From: Bdellovibrionales bacterium
GTDB lineage: Bacteria > Bdellovibrionota_C > UBA2361 > RFPC01
DNA: 42,563 nt
NCBI GenBank assembly: GCA_020434495.1
Contig: JAGRAT010000001.1
Location: 1 to 42,563, forward strand
Reading direction: 5' to 3'
The notes below the pieces were generated by a model. It saw only the letters and a list, made by a program, of their open reading frames with translations, had not been told where the DNA came from and did not search any database. Shown piece after piece: positions 9,540-19,226 of this stretch. The first letter of the stretch is position 1. Every line of letters begins with the position of its first letter. Position numbers and translations under genes: made by a program.

Positions 9540-9717
9540 CTTGCTTGTACGCTCATGAATATTAGATTGATAAAGTTATGCTCTGCTAAGAGCCTAATGC
9601 CGCAGTATTTTTCAGTCAACTCTACCGCAAGAGGTATGCTTGCAAGCTGCTAAGAGCGTGGAAAAGCGTCGAGTTTTTCTACAGGTCGATTCGCTGACTC
9701 GAGAGGACGCGATCTCC

Positions 9718-10653
9718 CTAATCCAGCGAGCCATTCTTCAGCGCCCACTCGTAGGTTCTTTTCAGACCTTGCTCTAGCGAGTGGTTGGGTTTCCACCCGA
9801 GTGCCTTTATCCTGGAAACATCGAGAACTTTTCGAGGGGTACCGTCTGGTTTGGAAGGATCAGTCTTGATTTCCCCCTCAAATCCTACTGTCTTTTTCAT
9901 GAGCTCAGCGAGATCCAATATGCTGCAATCGATACCAGTTCCAACATTGATAGTTGTTGGTTCTTCGTATTTGTCCATCAGCACGATAATTGCTTCGGCC
10001 AAATCCTCGATAAAAAGAAACTCGCGCCTTGGGCTGCCTGTTCCCCAAATGGTGACATCTGGTTTGCCGCTGAGTTTCGCTTCATGAAATCTGCGCATCA
10101 TGCCGGGTATGACATGAGAGTGATCGGGGTGGAAGTTGTCCCCTGGGCCATAGAGATTTGTAGGCATGACCGATGTAAATCGTTTCCCGTACTGTTCCCA
10201 ATATTTCTCGCAAAGCTTTAGGCCGGCAATTTTCGCTATGGCATATCCTTCGTTTGTTGGCTCGAGGGGGCCAGTCATGAGGTAGTCTTCTTTTATCGGT
10301 TGAGGAGCCATTTTCGGGTAAATGCAGGAGCTTCCAAGTAGCAGGAGCTTTTTCACCCCATGCTCAGCTGCTGCATGAATGACATTTGTCTCGATCACGA
10401 GATTCTCATAGAGAAAATCCGCTTGGTTGGAGAGGTTGTAGAGGATGCCACCTACTTTAGCCGCGGCGACAATACAGTAGTCAATTTGTTGCTCTTCAAA
10501 GAATCTGTGAACAGCGGCTTGATTCAAGAGATTGAGTTCGGCTCGGGATCTCCCTATGACATCCGAGTAGCCCTGTTCCTTCAAAGCAGCCATCACCGCT
10601 GACCCTACGAGCCCTCCGTGGCCAGCAACGTAGATCCGACTGTCTTTCTCCAT
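9718..10653 (-). CDS. fcl: GDP-L-fucose synthase (GDP-4-keto-6-deoxy-D-mannose 3,5-epimerase/4-reductase)
   Basis: IYVAGHGGLVGSA, AAAKVGGI, NLVIETNVIHAA, LGSSCIYPK, EPTNEGYAIAKIAG and PTNLYGPGDNF are collinear with Fcl/WcaG. Confidence 0.9.
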   Translation of the reverse strand: MEKDSRIYVAGHGGLVGSAVMAALKEQGYSDVIGRSRAELNLLNQAAVHRFFEEQQIDYCIVAAAKVGGILYNLSNQADFLYENLVIETNVIHAAAEHGVKKLLLLGSSCIYPKMAPQPIKEDYLMTGPLEPTNEGYAIAKIAGLKLCEKYWEQYGKRFTSVMPTNLYGPGDNFHPDHSHVIPGMMRRFHEAKLSGKPDVTIWGTGSPRREFLFIEDLAEAIIVLMDKYEEPTTINVGTGIDCSILDLAELMKKTVGFEGEIKTDPSKPDGTPRKVLDVSRIKALGWKPNHSLEQGLKRTYEWALKNGSLD

Positions 10654-10801
10654 ATCCCCTACCTCTACAATTCGGTGAACCCATAGTGTTTCTAGTTGCG
10701 CGGGAAATTACAACCCTTTGGAGGCACAACTGTATCGAGGGGAGTTCTTCGTACTGACGCACCACGTGGCTGGAGGTGAAATCTTTGAGAGGGCTTGCTC
10801 C

Positions 10802-11647
10802 TTAAGAGCTCTTCTTTCGTATTACGACACGAAATGTAGTTTTCTCCCTCTCGGGACCTCCGAAATATGAACGCCAGGAGCACTGGTTATACGCCAACTC
10901 GACACCGTCGTAGGAATGGAATACTGCGGTTTCCGGTTCGAGATTGTATCGCTCGGCCAGTGCATCGATGCTTCGCATGATCCCTGCCGGTGTCGGGATG
11001 TGGTAGTCAGATAGACTTGAAATTTTGTACTTTAACTCCTCTCCCAGTCGATACGGATTCAAAGCAGAGCAGAGCAATGCGATGAGCACATCTCGTATTC
11101 GACGGGGAAGAAAATGGATGTACTTGATGTCAGTGTGTTGTTCAGTTGGGAAATACCTGTTTGGGAGCTCGAGAAAGATGATTCCTCCCGGCTTTACGAC
11201 TCGGTAAAGTTCGGCGAGGTATAGCCCAACGTTTTTTGTATGTTCAATGACGTGCATACTAAAAACGATATCAAAAGAGTTGCTTGGAAGCGGAAGGATA
11301 TTTCCGTCGTATGTTTGAATTGACACGAGCTCTTCAAAAGGAGTTGCCTGAAATCGAGCCTTTGCGAGGCGAGCTAAAGATTCATCAACTTCAATTCCTG
11401 TAGCAGCGGCGGCGCCCCATTCCATGAATGTGTAAAGATCCCCAGCTGATCCACATCCGGAAGAAAAGACATGGCTGCCCGATATCGGGTGGAATTTTGA
11501 TAACTGGTCAATCCACGGACCAAAGCGTGATATGTCGAGATGATTCTGAACGACATTCTCGAAATTGAAATCATCTCTGTAGTCAGCGAGTTCCTCTTCT
11601 ACAAGAGAGCGGAAGTTGTTCATCTGAATTTCTGCTAATGCTGGCAT
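10802..11647 (-). CDS. Class I SAM-dependent methyltransferase
   Basis: Motif I-like VFSSGCGSAGD, then GIEVDESL, FDIVFSMHVIEH and VVKPGGIIFLELPN. Confidence 0.8.
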   Translation of the reverse strand: MPALAEIQMNNFRSLVEEELADYRDDFNFENVVQNHLDISRFGPWIDQLSKFHPISGSHVFSSGCGSAGDLYTFMEWGAAAATGIEVDESLARLAKARFQATPFEELVSIQTYDGNILPLPSNSFDIVFSMHVIEHTKNVGLYLAELYRVVKPGGIIFLELPNRYFPTEQHTDIKYIHFLPRRIRDVLIALLCSALNPYRLGEELKYKISSLSDYHIPTPAGIMRSIDALAERYNLEPETAVFHSYDGVELAYNQCSWRSYFGGPEREKTTFRVVIRKKSS

Positions 11648-11752
11648 GAGTCACGTCGCTCCTTATCGCCGTCATGCGATATTACGAGAAGGGATGAAGT
11701 CCGAACATTCGTCCAAAGCAATATCCCATACTCCTTCAGACCTTTCAAACTT

Positions 11753-13474
11753 CTACTGGAGAGAAGTCTCCGTCCCGTCATTGGGGAGTTGAAAAAGAAG
11801 TACAGCGCCATGCCAGGTCCGGATTGGTTTGTTGTTGAAGGCTCCATGAAAGGTGAAAGGCCAGCTTTTCCTGAGGATAATGTGATTGGCTCTAGGACCG
11901 AGTACCCCTTCTGCTTGTTTTATGAAACTCGCGGTGTCTATTTCGCTGTAGTGGTGGTTGAAAATCCAGCGGATCGGGTAATGTTCCAGAAGTTCTGCTG
12001 TACTGCCTGTGCGAATAGCCCGCGCATATTGAGCCGAGTTGACAACACCGTCCAGGTTGATAACACGGTTCTTTGAAAAGTACCCAACAATCCCAGCGTC
12101 CCAAGAGGCGATGATGTCGTTTGGATCGATCTGTTTGTTTATCCAAAGTGCCGCTTCGTAATTCACCTTTCGGATGGAGTAGCTGTTTGAGTTTAGCACC
12201 GAAGTCCATGAAGTGGTGATTAGCCACAATACTGGAACAGCGAAAATTGTGGAAATAAGGAGTGTTTGTCTACGTCTTTGATTGGCGTTCTGGAATTGCT
12301 GATTAAGTAACAAGTTTGCAAAGTCCATCGTAAGGGCGAAATAGGTGAGTACGAGGCAGGTAAAAACGGGGACGAAATGCCAGAGGCGAGGAAAACTCTG
12401 AAGAAAGAGATAGTAGCCGAAAATTGTACCTGCAAAGAGGTATAGCCATCCAAAAGTGTTTGCCATGCGTTGTAGAGTTGCGAAGCGCACCTGCTGAGTC
12501 GCTCGATACCATCCGAAGGCGAAGGCCCCAAAACACCCAGCAAAAAGCACTATACGCCTCGGGGTTCTAGGAATCTGCTTGACCACACCGCTCACTTGCA
12601 CCGGAGTATCAAAGAGGAGCCAGTTTGTGACGAGAAATAGAGCAATAACAAGAACTGGGAGTATGAGAATCTCCAATAGCTGGCGTACTGTTCCCGCTTT
12701 GGTTGTCCACCACCAAATGAGATAACAGGGAATTAAGAGGCCTGCATCTGTGCGACTAAGAAAAAGCAACGCAAAACAGGCTCCGAGTGCGAATCTCCAA
12801 GATGGGGACTGTGTATACTGCCCGCAAATGACATTCCCGGTCTCGTCGTCGAAAGCTGATCGCTCTCCGCTGATTCTACGGGCAGTATTTGTCGTCCCTC
12901 CGGGGGACCTCCCGGCAACTTCAGTTGCCTTTGGTATAGATTGAAGCTCGAATGATTTCACGCTGTGTATCCAGAGTGCGATGCTGAGAAAAAACAGCAC
13001 GAGAGTGGACTCAAGCCCGTTTACCGCAAAGCGCATCGTCATAGGGCTCATTGTTATTCCAAGCAGAGTCAGGAGGGGGATAACCCCCGGCCCTCTTCGT
13101 TCCGGCCGCAGTGCCGCAAGTGCTTTCCCGACGATAATGATCGATAAAGCAGCGAGTGCTACTTGGAAGAGCAGCAGCACTCTTACAGCTTCCATGTCGC
13201 TGAATGACAGAAGATAGGGAATAGCGCACAGAATAAGCCAAAGGGGATGGAAGCCGTTAGTCTGGCTCAAACCATCAAAGGTAAACCCCAGCCCCTTCAC
13301 CCAGTTGCGTGCGATGGTGAAGTAGTAAAAGGAGTCATCGAAGGTTGCGATCAATGGATAGTCTTGCCAATTGATTATGGCCACTACCCAGAATGCCAAA
13401 GTTCCCAAGGTAATGGTGATAATGGGTAAGTGAAAGTGATCGCCGGAGCTGGTTGGTGTTGAATTGTGTTGCAT
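11753..13474 (-). CDS. Polytopic membrane protein, GT-C/PMT_2-like putative glycosyltransferase
   Basis: Many hydrophobic helices. First-loop motif ATFDDSFYYFTIARNWVKGLGFTFDG..TNGFHPLW. Soluble C-terminal domain (ASWDAGIVGYFSKNRVINLDGVVN). Confidence 0.7.
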   Translation of the reverse strand: MQHNSTPTSSGDHFHLPIITITLGTLAFWVVAIINWQDYPLIATFDDSFYYFTIARNWVKGLGFTFDGLSQTNGFHPLWLILCAIPYLLSFSDMEAVRVLLLFQVALAALSIIIVGKALAALRPERRGPGVIPLLTLLGITMSPMTMRFAVNGLESTLVLFFLSIALWIHSVKSFELQSIPKATEVAGRSPGGTTNTARRISGERSAFDDETGNVICGQYTQSPSWRFALGACFALLFLSRTDAGLLIPCYLIWWWTTKAGTVRQLLEILILPVLVIALFLVTNWLLFDTPVQVSGVVKQIPRTPRRIVLFAGCFGAFAFGWYRATQQVRFATLQRMANTFGWLYLFAGTIFGYYLFLQSFPRLWHFVPVFTCLVLTYFALTMDFANLLLNQQFQNANQRRRQTLLISTIFAVPVLWLITTSWTSVLNSNSYSIRKVNYEAALWINKQIDPNDIIASWDAGIVGYFSKNRVINLDGVVNSAQYARAIRTGSTAELLEHYPIRWIFNHHYSEIDTASFIKQAEGVLGPRANHIILRKSWPFTFHGAFNNKPIRTWHGAVLLFQLPNDGTETSLQ

Positions 13475-13672
13475 TAAGCGAAGCTAATTGGTGAGCATTC
13501 TGATTCCGTCTGCATATGTTCGCATGATGTTTAACTATGAGGTACGGTAAATTTTTCTTGTCGGGGAAACTTCCCCGTCAAGAGATACTGGATGGATTGT
13601 CGCTGATAGAAATGGTGAAGCAGTCGCCTTCGGAAGGATGGAGCTTAAGATGGACGACGGAGGAGATAGTCT

Positions 13673-16669
13673 TTAATAGCCGCCGAGTGAATTGAGGCGA
13701 GATTTTATAAAGCGTTTAAGCGTTACAAACTTTTTGCCTCTAGCTTTTAGTAAACTTTTCACTCTTTTAGTCGTTGTCTGAACGAGACTTTGAAACTCAG
13801 AAGCGGTCGTGGCCTCAATCGTTTCTGAAAATGAGTCAGCAGAGGTTCTAAACAGAAGGAGAGCCTGCTGCGTCTCTTTTCGGAGCACTCGCTGACGCTT
13901 TCGAGCTTTGCGTTTTTCTCTTGGTGGAAGTGGTCTAACGGCCTGTACCAAGGCTTGGAGCTCGCTCAGGGATTTTTTAAACACTTCAGTATCGCTTCCG
14001 CTCGGAGGATTCGCAGTTGGGGAAGGACCAGGCTCCTGAGTTGGGATCTCGGATGGAGTTGGATTCGGAGTGCTGGACGGAGTGGAAGACGGAGTCGGTG
14101 ATGATGTCGGCGTTGCGCCATCCTCTGGAACTACGACGGTGAAAGAGAGAACTGTATCAGAGTCGACTGCAGGAATCTGAGAGATAGGAGCAAGAGAGAA
14201 TCTTCTATACGCATCCATCTCGCTATACCCTAGGCCAGCACGGTTGTGTTTCCTCCAATAGGTGCCCCATTCGATATTTGCTTGATCATAAAGTCCAGGA
14301 TAAAGAGCAAACGGGCTTATTGGAGGCCCGTATGGAAGGTAAAACACCTCATCATCAAAAGAGATCAGCTTTAGCGGAGATACCGAGAAAGTTCGAGCCT
14401 CACAGAGAAACCCACCCATGCCGTCTGGTTGAAGAACCACCCAAGCAGAGCTTCGTGAGCCGGCACCAGGACCAGAAAAGTCTTCGGCAACAACAACACC
14501 ATTGTTGACCATTCTCAGAACTTGGCTATACGTCGTGATGCCGCGAGCAACACACTTGTCGGTTAGAAAGGTGATACCTTTGCGGAGCTGTTCCAACAAG
14601 AATGCAGCTGAGGGTAGGTCTAAGGCATTTTGCATTTCAGTGCGCGAAGCGCGATCTGTATATAACAGAAAATTTCTTACCGTAGCTGGAGTCGGTAGCG
14701 TCCCTCTGAGAATATTTTCCATTTGAGGTTGGAGATAAAGGATTAATATCTGCTCAAGGGAGTCGCGCATGTCACCCTCATGGACACGCAGCAATTCTAC
14801 GGCTATGGAGACTATTGGGATCTCTCCAGAAGGAACGACGGTAGCTCCAAACTTATCAAACGAAGCAACAATAATTTCCAAGAGCTTCTTTAGTCTTCCG
14901 CCGTGAGTGCCCGAGGCAAAGTGAAAAACATCTTGCTTGTTCATTGGGGTATCACGATGAGCAAGCTCAAAAGTTTTTAGTTGCAATTGCCGGTGAGTTT
15001 GACGACCTGGATCCATATGTGAAGGCACCGATGGTGGCACTTCGCATCCGCCTGAAAGAGCGCCGTTGTCCGCTGCTGCGTGTCGCTGTTCTGCGCAGTA
15101 CGATGTTGGTCGAACACCTGTTTTTAGGTACTGTGGTACAGGGGGATTGACGGTGAGTCCATCAATGGTGTCGGAGCCGGCAACTTCATCAACCCAACCT
15201 TGGTTAAGCGAGAAGTAGGCAAGGCGCTCAACATCTTCTGGACTGCGAGAAGGAGCAGAGTGGCAACCAGCTTCTCCGTAGTGAGGTATTGCTTTCTCTA
15301 GAACTTGTAAATACTCATCCCCGTCTTCATGTAATCCCGCGAGAAACCTACGCCACATCCCATCAACAAAGCTGGAGGGACTTTTTTGTCGAATGGTGAT
15401 TGCGAAGTATTTTCCACTGAATTTAACGAGAAGAAAGACTTTCCCAAATCCAGGCACGTAATACTCGGTAATCGTCTCAGTCACACCATTTCTGATCACA
15501 TCGAGAGGACGCGATTCGAGTGGGTACCAGACATCTTGATACTTGTAATTAACGCCGTCGGTTTCGACATAAAAGGTGAATGCTGATGCGGTAGGACCTG
15601 CAGTGCCGGTGGTCGAATTGCCGGCCGTGTTTTGTAAGCCGATAAATCCTGGGTTTGTTCCGTAGACACCGAGCACGAAGGGCTTATAGCCATTAGCGCC
15701 ATCAGAAACCCACCCTCTCGATACATTCATCTTTTGCCCTGCGCCAAAATTTGTGTCAAACGAGGACATTTGATGCGGCTCTCCCGTCGAGAAGCATTTC
15801 AGTTTGCTTGGATCGCTAATGTCTCGATAAGTTCCTGCTGCACCGTTAGAAGCGCCAATCGGTGTATCGAAGTGTTCTTGAAATTGAACCAATGGAGATT
15901 GCTCGCTCAGCGAGACGGTTTCTAGAAGCGGTGGAAGGGGATGTCCCAATTCGTTGTGGACAAGATCATCTCCAAATGCAGCGGCCAAAGCAGAGACGGT
16001 TCCCAAATCGTGAAATTGAGCGTACAGAGCGTAGGCGATCAAAAAGTCACGTGGCGTGCGCTCATAAAAATATTGAACAATATTGGTTGGCTGAAGCTCA
16101 GGATTCGCCGCATAAAAAGCAGCTTCAGTTTGTCTCGCTTGAAATTGAGCTCCTTTCACCCACTGTGTAAACAACCGGAGAACTTGTGGATCCATCGATT
16201 CAAGTTCAGAGTCGACCCAAGCATCGAGCCCCCACCAGCGAGCATAGGTCGAGATATCTTCAAGTTTTCTATCACCAGAGACTTCTTCTTCAACCGTTCC
16301 ATCGGAATCTACCTTGCGCGGTATTGAAGGAATGGCAAAAAAGACCTTCGAATAGCGCGGTGAGTTCCCGTTGATGATCTCTTCTAGGATTGCCTGATTC
16401 AAGGTGCTACCGTGGTCGGTTGCAGTTAAGCTATTCGCTAGCATCGTTAAAGGCTGTCCGTTGTATTGAGCGACTCCGAGCGCATACGCAAGATTAAACA
16501 GACTTTCTTCGGTCGTGCTTCCTCCGTTTGCTGTTTCAGCTACGGTAATTTCTCCGTATTTGCTGATTTCGACCCGCACTTCGGCTGGAGTAGCTAGACA
16601 AGTGAAGGGAAGGAAAGCCAGAGCCGGTAAGATAAGCCGGCAAACTCTATAGTTCATCGGTCTGTGCAT
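13673..16669 (-). CDS. Large secreted protein of unknown function with a C-terminal Pro/Thr/Ser linker and a basic helical tail
   Basis: The likely start is ATG 16669 (MHRPMNYRVCRLILPALAFLPFTCLA, signal-peptide-like) or 16657; the ORF-track start at 16813 adds 48 unlikely residues. Low-complexity TPTSSPTPSSTPSSTPNPTPSEIPTQEPGPSPTANPPSG is followed by a K/R-rich tail. Confidence 0.75.
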   Translation of the reverse strand: MHRPMNYRVCRLILPALAFLPFTCLATPAEVRVEISKYGEITVAETANGGSTTEESLFNLAYALGVAQYNGQPLTMLANSLTATDHGSTLNQAILEEIINGNSPRYSKVFFAIPSIPRKVDSDGTVEEEVSGDRKLEDISTYARWWGLDAWVDSELESMDPQVLRLFTQWVKGAQFQARQTEAAFYAANPELQPTNIVQYFYERTPRDFLIAYALYAQFHDLGTVSALAAAFGDDLVHNELGHPLPPLLETVSLSEQSPLVQFQEHFDTPIGASNGAAGTYRDISDPSKLKCFSTGEPHQMSSFDTNFGAGQKMNVSRGWVSDGANGYKPFVLGVYGTNPGFIGLQNTAGNSTTGTAGPTASAFTFYVETDGVNYKYQDVWYPLESRPLDVIRNGVTETITEYYVPGFGKVFLLVKFSGKYFAITIRQKSPSSFVDGMWRRFLAGLHEDGDEYLQVLEKAIPHYGEAGCHSAPSRSPEDVERLAYFSLNQGWVDEVAGSDTIDGLTVNPPVPQYLKTGVRPTSYCAEQRHAAADNGALSGGCEVPPSVPSHMDPGRQTHRQLQLKTFELAHRDTPMNKQDVFHFASGTHGGRLKKLLEIIVASFDKFGATVVPSGEIPIVSIAVELLRVHEGDMRDSLEQILILYLQPQMENILRGTLPTPATVRNFLLYTDRASRTEMQNALDLPSAAFLLEQLRKGITFLTDKCVARGITTYSQVLRMVNNGVVVAEDFSGPGAGSRSSAWVVLQPDGMGGFLCEARTFSVSPLKLISFDDEVFYLPYGPPISPFALYPGLYDQANIEWGTYWRKHNRAGLGYSEMDAYRRFSLAPISQIPAVDSDTVLSFTVVVPEDGATPTSSPTPSSTPSSTPNPTPSEIPTQEPGPSPTANPPSGSDTEVFKKSLSELQALVQAVRPLPPREKRKARKRQRVLRKETQQALLLFRTSADSFSETIEATTASEFQSLVQTTTKRVKSLLKARGKKFVTLKRFIKSRLNSLGGY

Positions 16670-17116
16670 CCTCAGATGTAACTCCGAACGGCGAATCAGG
16701 ACAGCAAACGCAAGTTGGCATGTTGACCAGAAAATTAAACTGCTTGAACTTCCCCACGAAGCTGATAACGACAGTAAGGGTCGGTACTTGCCAAATACAA
16801 CTAAAGATGCCACCGCTGATCGACAGGGTTTATGGCCAGCACACCACTTTCAATATCGTTCGCTGCAATAATTCTGCCAAGTCCTTGTGGGGGGCGAAGG
16901 CGTGAAAGTCCACGATATTAGGTGAGGGTAACTGCTATGTTCCTCAGTGATTCTATTAGTTTTGTGGTTAGACCTGATTGTCTGTGTGCGAAGGATGCCG
17001 GGAATTGCGCAGGTCAATAAAGATTAAGTAAGGGAAGTTGAAAGTTTGATAGAAAAGACCACGTTCCGGGCTGTGAAGTTGACAATGAGAATCCAATTGC
17101 CAAAGAGCAGGATTGT

Positions 17117-17944
17117 TTAATCCGGGGAAGCGGAGGAAGGGACTGATGATGCTAAGGCAACGGGCATTTCGAGTACACGGAAGTGCTTACAGACACTAAC
17201 ACCGCGGCCAGGAGAGGAAGTGAGTGCCACATCAAGGTCCGAGCCACGGACCACGAATGTTCTGCTGGCAGTAACTTTGAGGAGAGTCCCTGTATTTCGA
17301 GTGTTAAGACGCTCACAAGCTTCGGCGATAGCTATGGCTCCAAGCGGAACAGCGCCATCGTGGTCTTGTCCTTTTTCACTTCTCGTATTTGAAGCAGAGT
17401 CAGTTGCGATCTTAAATCGGTAAGTTCGCCCTGGGTGTGTCTCAAGGCTGGGGTTCTTCTCATATTTCGCCCAGAAGGTCTCATATCTTTCGTTAAAGAC
17501 GGGGGATGTCATGTTTTTCTCTTTGGCGGCAGCATTAAGCAATTCTCCAGCTTGCTGGATGGTCGTACCAACTGGAAGAGTGATTTCAATCACTCCACCC
17601 TCCAGCTTTTTGAATCCCTTCAGAATTTTTTCAGCGGTTACTTCTGTTTCAACGGCAGCCCCTCCGAGTTCGAGCACGCTCCTTAACTTTTGTAGTTGTT
17701 CGGACGCGCTTCTCAGCGACTCTTCATCGCCCGTTTCTATTAGTTCTATAATTTCTCTTGCCGCCGCAGGAGTAAATTCTGCTCTAATTGGTTTAAGAAC
17801 CTCTGCGACTTTCTCAGCCGCATCTGGATGTAGTGCTCTTAGTTCAGATATGAATTTCTTGCTTGCTGCATCGAATGCCTGGCCTACCAAATCTTCAGTT
17901 TCGGTAGCTAATGTCTTTGTCGCTTGGTTCCGTGCCTCTCTCAT
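17117..17944 (-). CDS. Hypothetical protein (275 aa)
   Basis: Long ORF with an alpha-helical-looking N-half and a Ser/Thr-rich C-half. No recognisable motif. Its start lies 2 nt after the stop of the upstream small ORF. Confidence 0.6.
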   Translation of the reverse strand: MREARNQATKTLATETEDLVGQAFDAASKKFISELRALHPDAAEKVAEVLKPIRAEFTPAAAREIIELIETGDEESLRSASEQLQKLRSVLELGGAAVETEVTAEKILKGFKKLEGGVIEITLPVGTTIQQAGELLNAAAKEKNMTSPVFNERYETFWAKYEKNPSLETHPGRTYRFKIATDSASNTRSEKGQDHDGAVPLGAIAIAEACERLNTRNTGTLLKVTASRTFVVRGSDLDVALTSSPGRGVSVCKHFRVLEMPVALASSVPSSASPD

Positions 17945-17946
17945 CG

Positions 17947-18144
17947 CTATCGCTCTCTAAAAACAATCTTAAACTCTTCAGGGACATGAGGATGAGCGAG
18001 AAGTGCCGCAAGCTCTTTTTCAAGCTTACTTTTTAACTCGCTAATTACGCACTCCTTCTCTTTGTTTGTATCAGAATCGTTCTCGCTATTATGTCCTTCC
18101 ATGATGGATATCCCAATCGATCGGGCCAGACAGGCCGTTTCCAA
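17947..18144 (-). CDS. Small acidic hypothetical protein (51-65 aa), possibly co-translated with the 275-aa ORF
   Basis: ORF ...MEGHNSENDSDTNKEKECVISELKSKLEKELAALLAHPHVPEEFKIVFRER. Start is ATG 18144 or ATG 18102, with no clear SD for either. Confidence 0.35.
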   Translation of the reverse strand: METACLARSIGISIMEGHNSENDSDTNKEKECVISELKSKLEKELAALLAHPHVPEEFKIVFRER

Positions 18145-18213
18145 GTTTCAAGAGAGAAGGAGCAAGTGTCGTTCATCGGCTCTCTATGAGGCTATTCTAC
18201 CTAAACTCTTTTA

Positions 18214-18232
18214 TAATGCAAAATAATTGCAT
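18214..18232. promoter_or_regulatory. Operator-like inverted repeat TAATGCA-N7-TGCAT upstream of the 18144<- operon
   Basis: taatgcaaaataattgcat: ATGCA/TGCAT arms with an AT-only 7-nt spacer. It is 16/19 identical to a site at 29772-29790. Confidence 0.3.
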
Positions 18233-18655
18233 AACAAAACCCTATCGTTCAGATTATGGTATTATCTCTAAGTTGGAAGAAGGAGTGATGGACCATGACA
18301 ACGTGAGCGAGTTTCTATAGCATCACTGCATAGAGGCGGAAGTGGATTTAAGACTCTCTACTCTAAAGAGGGTCATCGACTATGATGATCGAATTAATTC
18401 TGGCGGAGAGTATGCGGAGATCGCTGTTAGCTTTGTGATATGCATGACGGTCTGGAACCGTCTCTCTCTGGCGGCGACGAGTACGCTTTATAAAGCGCTG
18501 CTTTAAAATTTTTCTTTGAAGTGCTTCGTTCCACACGACCTCACTATATCCCCACGCAGCGATCGAAATGATTTGAGGGATTCACGGGTCAAGCAAAGAT
18601 GTCGCTCGCAGGTGATAAATGGAACAACAAGAAGTCTTATCGGCATCAAACGATG

Positions 18656-18952
18656 CTAAAACTCAAAGAGATACTCCTCGAGATTCACCCGAAGTTTGTC
18701 TGAAACCGCGATCCCCTCTTTCCGAAGAAGACGGGCTTTCTGGTCGACACCGAAGGCGTATCCCCCAAGCATCCCATCCGACTTCACCACGCGGTGACAA
18801 GGCACTTGAGGAGCATTTGGGTTTTTGCGACAAGCATTGCCAACTGCGCGAGCACCGTTTGAACCAAGTGCTTTAGCTAAGTGCTTGTATGTCGTTACTT
18901 TTCCTTCGGGAATTTTCTTTAAGAGTTCGTAACATTGTTCTTCAAAATTCAT
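18656..18952 (-). CDS. ogt: Methylated-DNA-[protein]-cysteine S-methyltransferase, single-domain (MGMT/Ogt C-terminal domain only)
   Basis: Start is ATG 18952 (MNFEEQCYELLKKIPEGKVTTY). Active-site VPCHRVV, then GGY and LL.KEG. About 98 aa, so it lacks the N-terminal domain of Ada/Ogt. Confidence 0.85.
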   Translation of the reverse strand: MNFEEQCYELLKKIPEGKVTTYKHLAKALGSNGARAVGNACRKNPNAPQVPCHRVVKSDGMLGGYAFGVDQKARLLRKEGIAVSDKLRVNLEEYLFEF

Positions 18953-19226
18953 CCTGCCTCTCCGTTGGAGTTCGCCGCACGGTAGCAACAGTTTTGGCCG
19001 AGATCCATCTTTTTGCTGGGGGGAATCTGGGCGTATTCTCTGGTAGCAGTGTTATGTTACACCCTACTTTGGCCGTACTTTGATAGTGGGAAAGATGAGC
19101 CGAGAAATCTCTTGTGGCATTCCCGGCCGTAAAATTGTAGAGGAGGGTGTCACTTTGCGGTATGAGAATAGATTCTGAGACGAAATCTTTGTCGGAAATC
19201 GGAGCGAAATCGAGGAGTGGGGCGAG

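Noticed and set aside
16670-16813. 48-codon N-terminal extension of the large secreted protein.
   Set aside because: The extension precedes a good signal peptide that starts at ATG 16669. The internal start is more plausible.
18363-18536. 57-aa very basic minus-strand ORF (VWNEALQRKILKQRFIKRTRRRQRE…IIIVDDPL) downstream of ogt, below the ORF-track size cut-off. It contains the 14-bp palindrome CGCTTTATAAAGCG (18484-18497).
   Set aside because: It has a GTG start with a poorly spaced SD and no recognisable family. It might be real, but the evidence is insufficient to call it.
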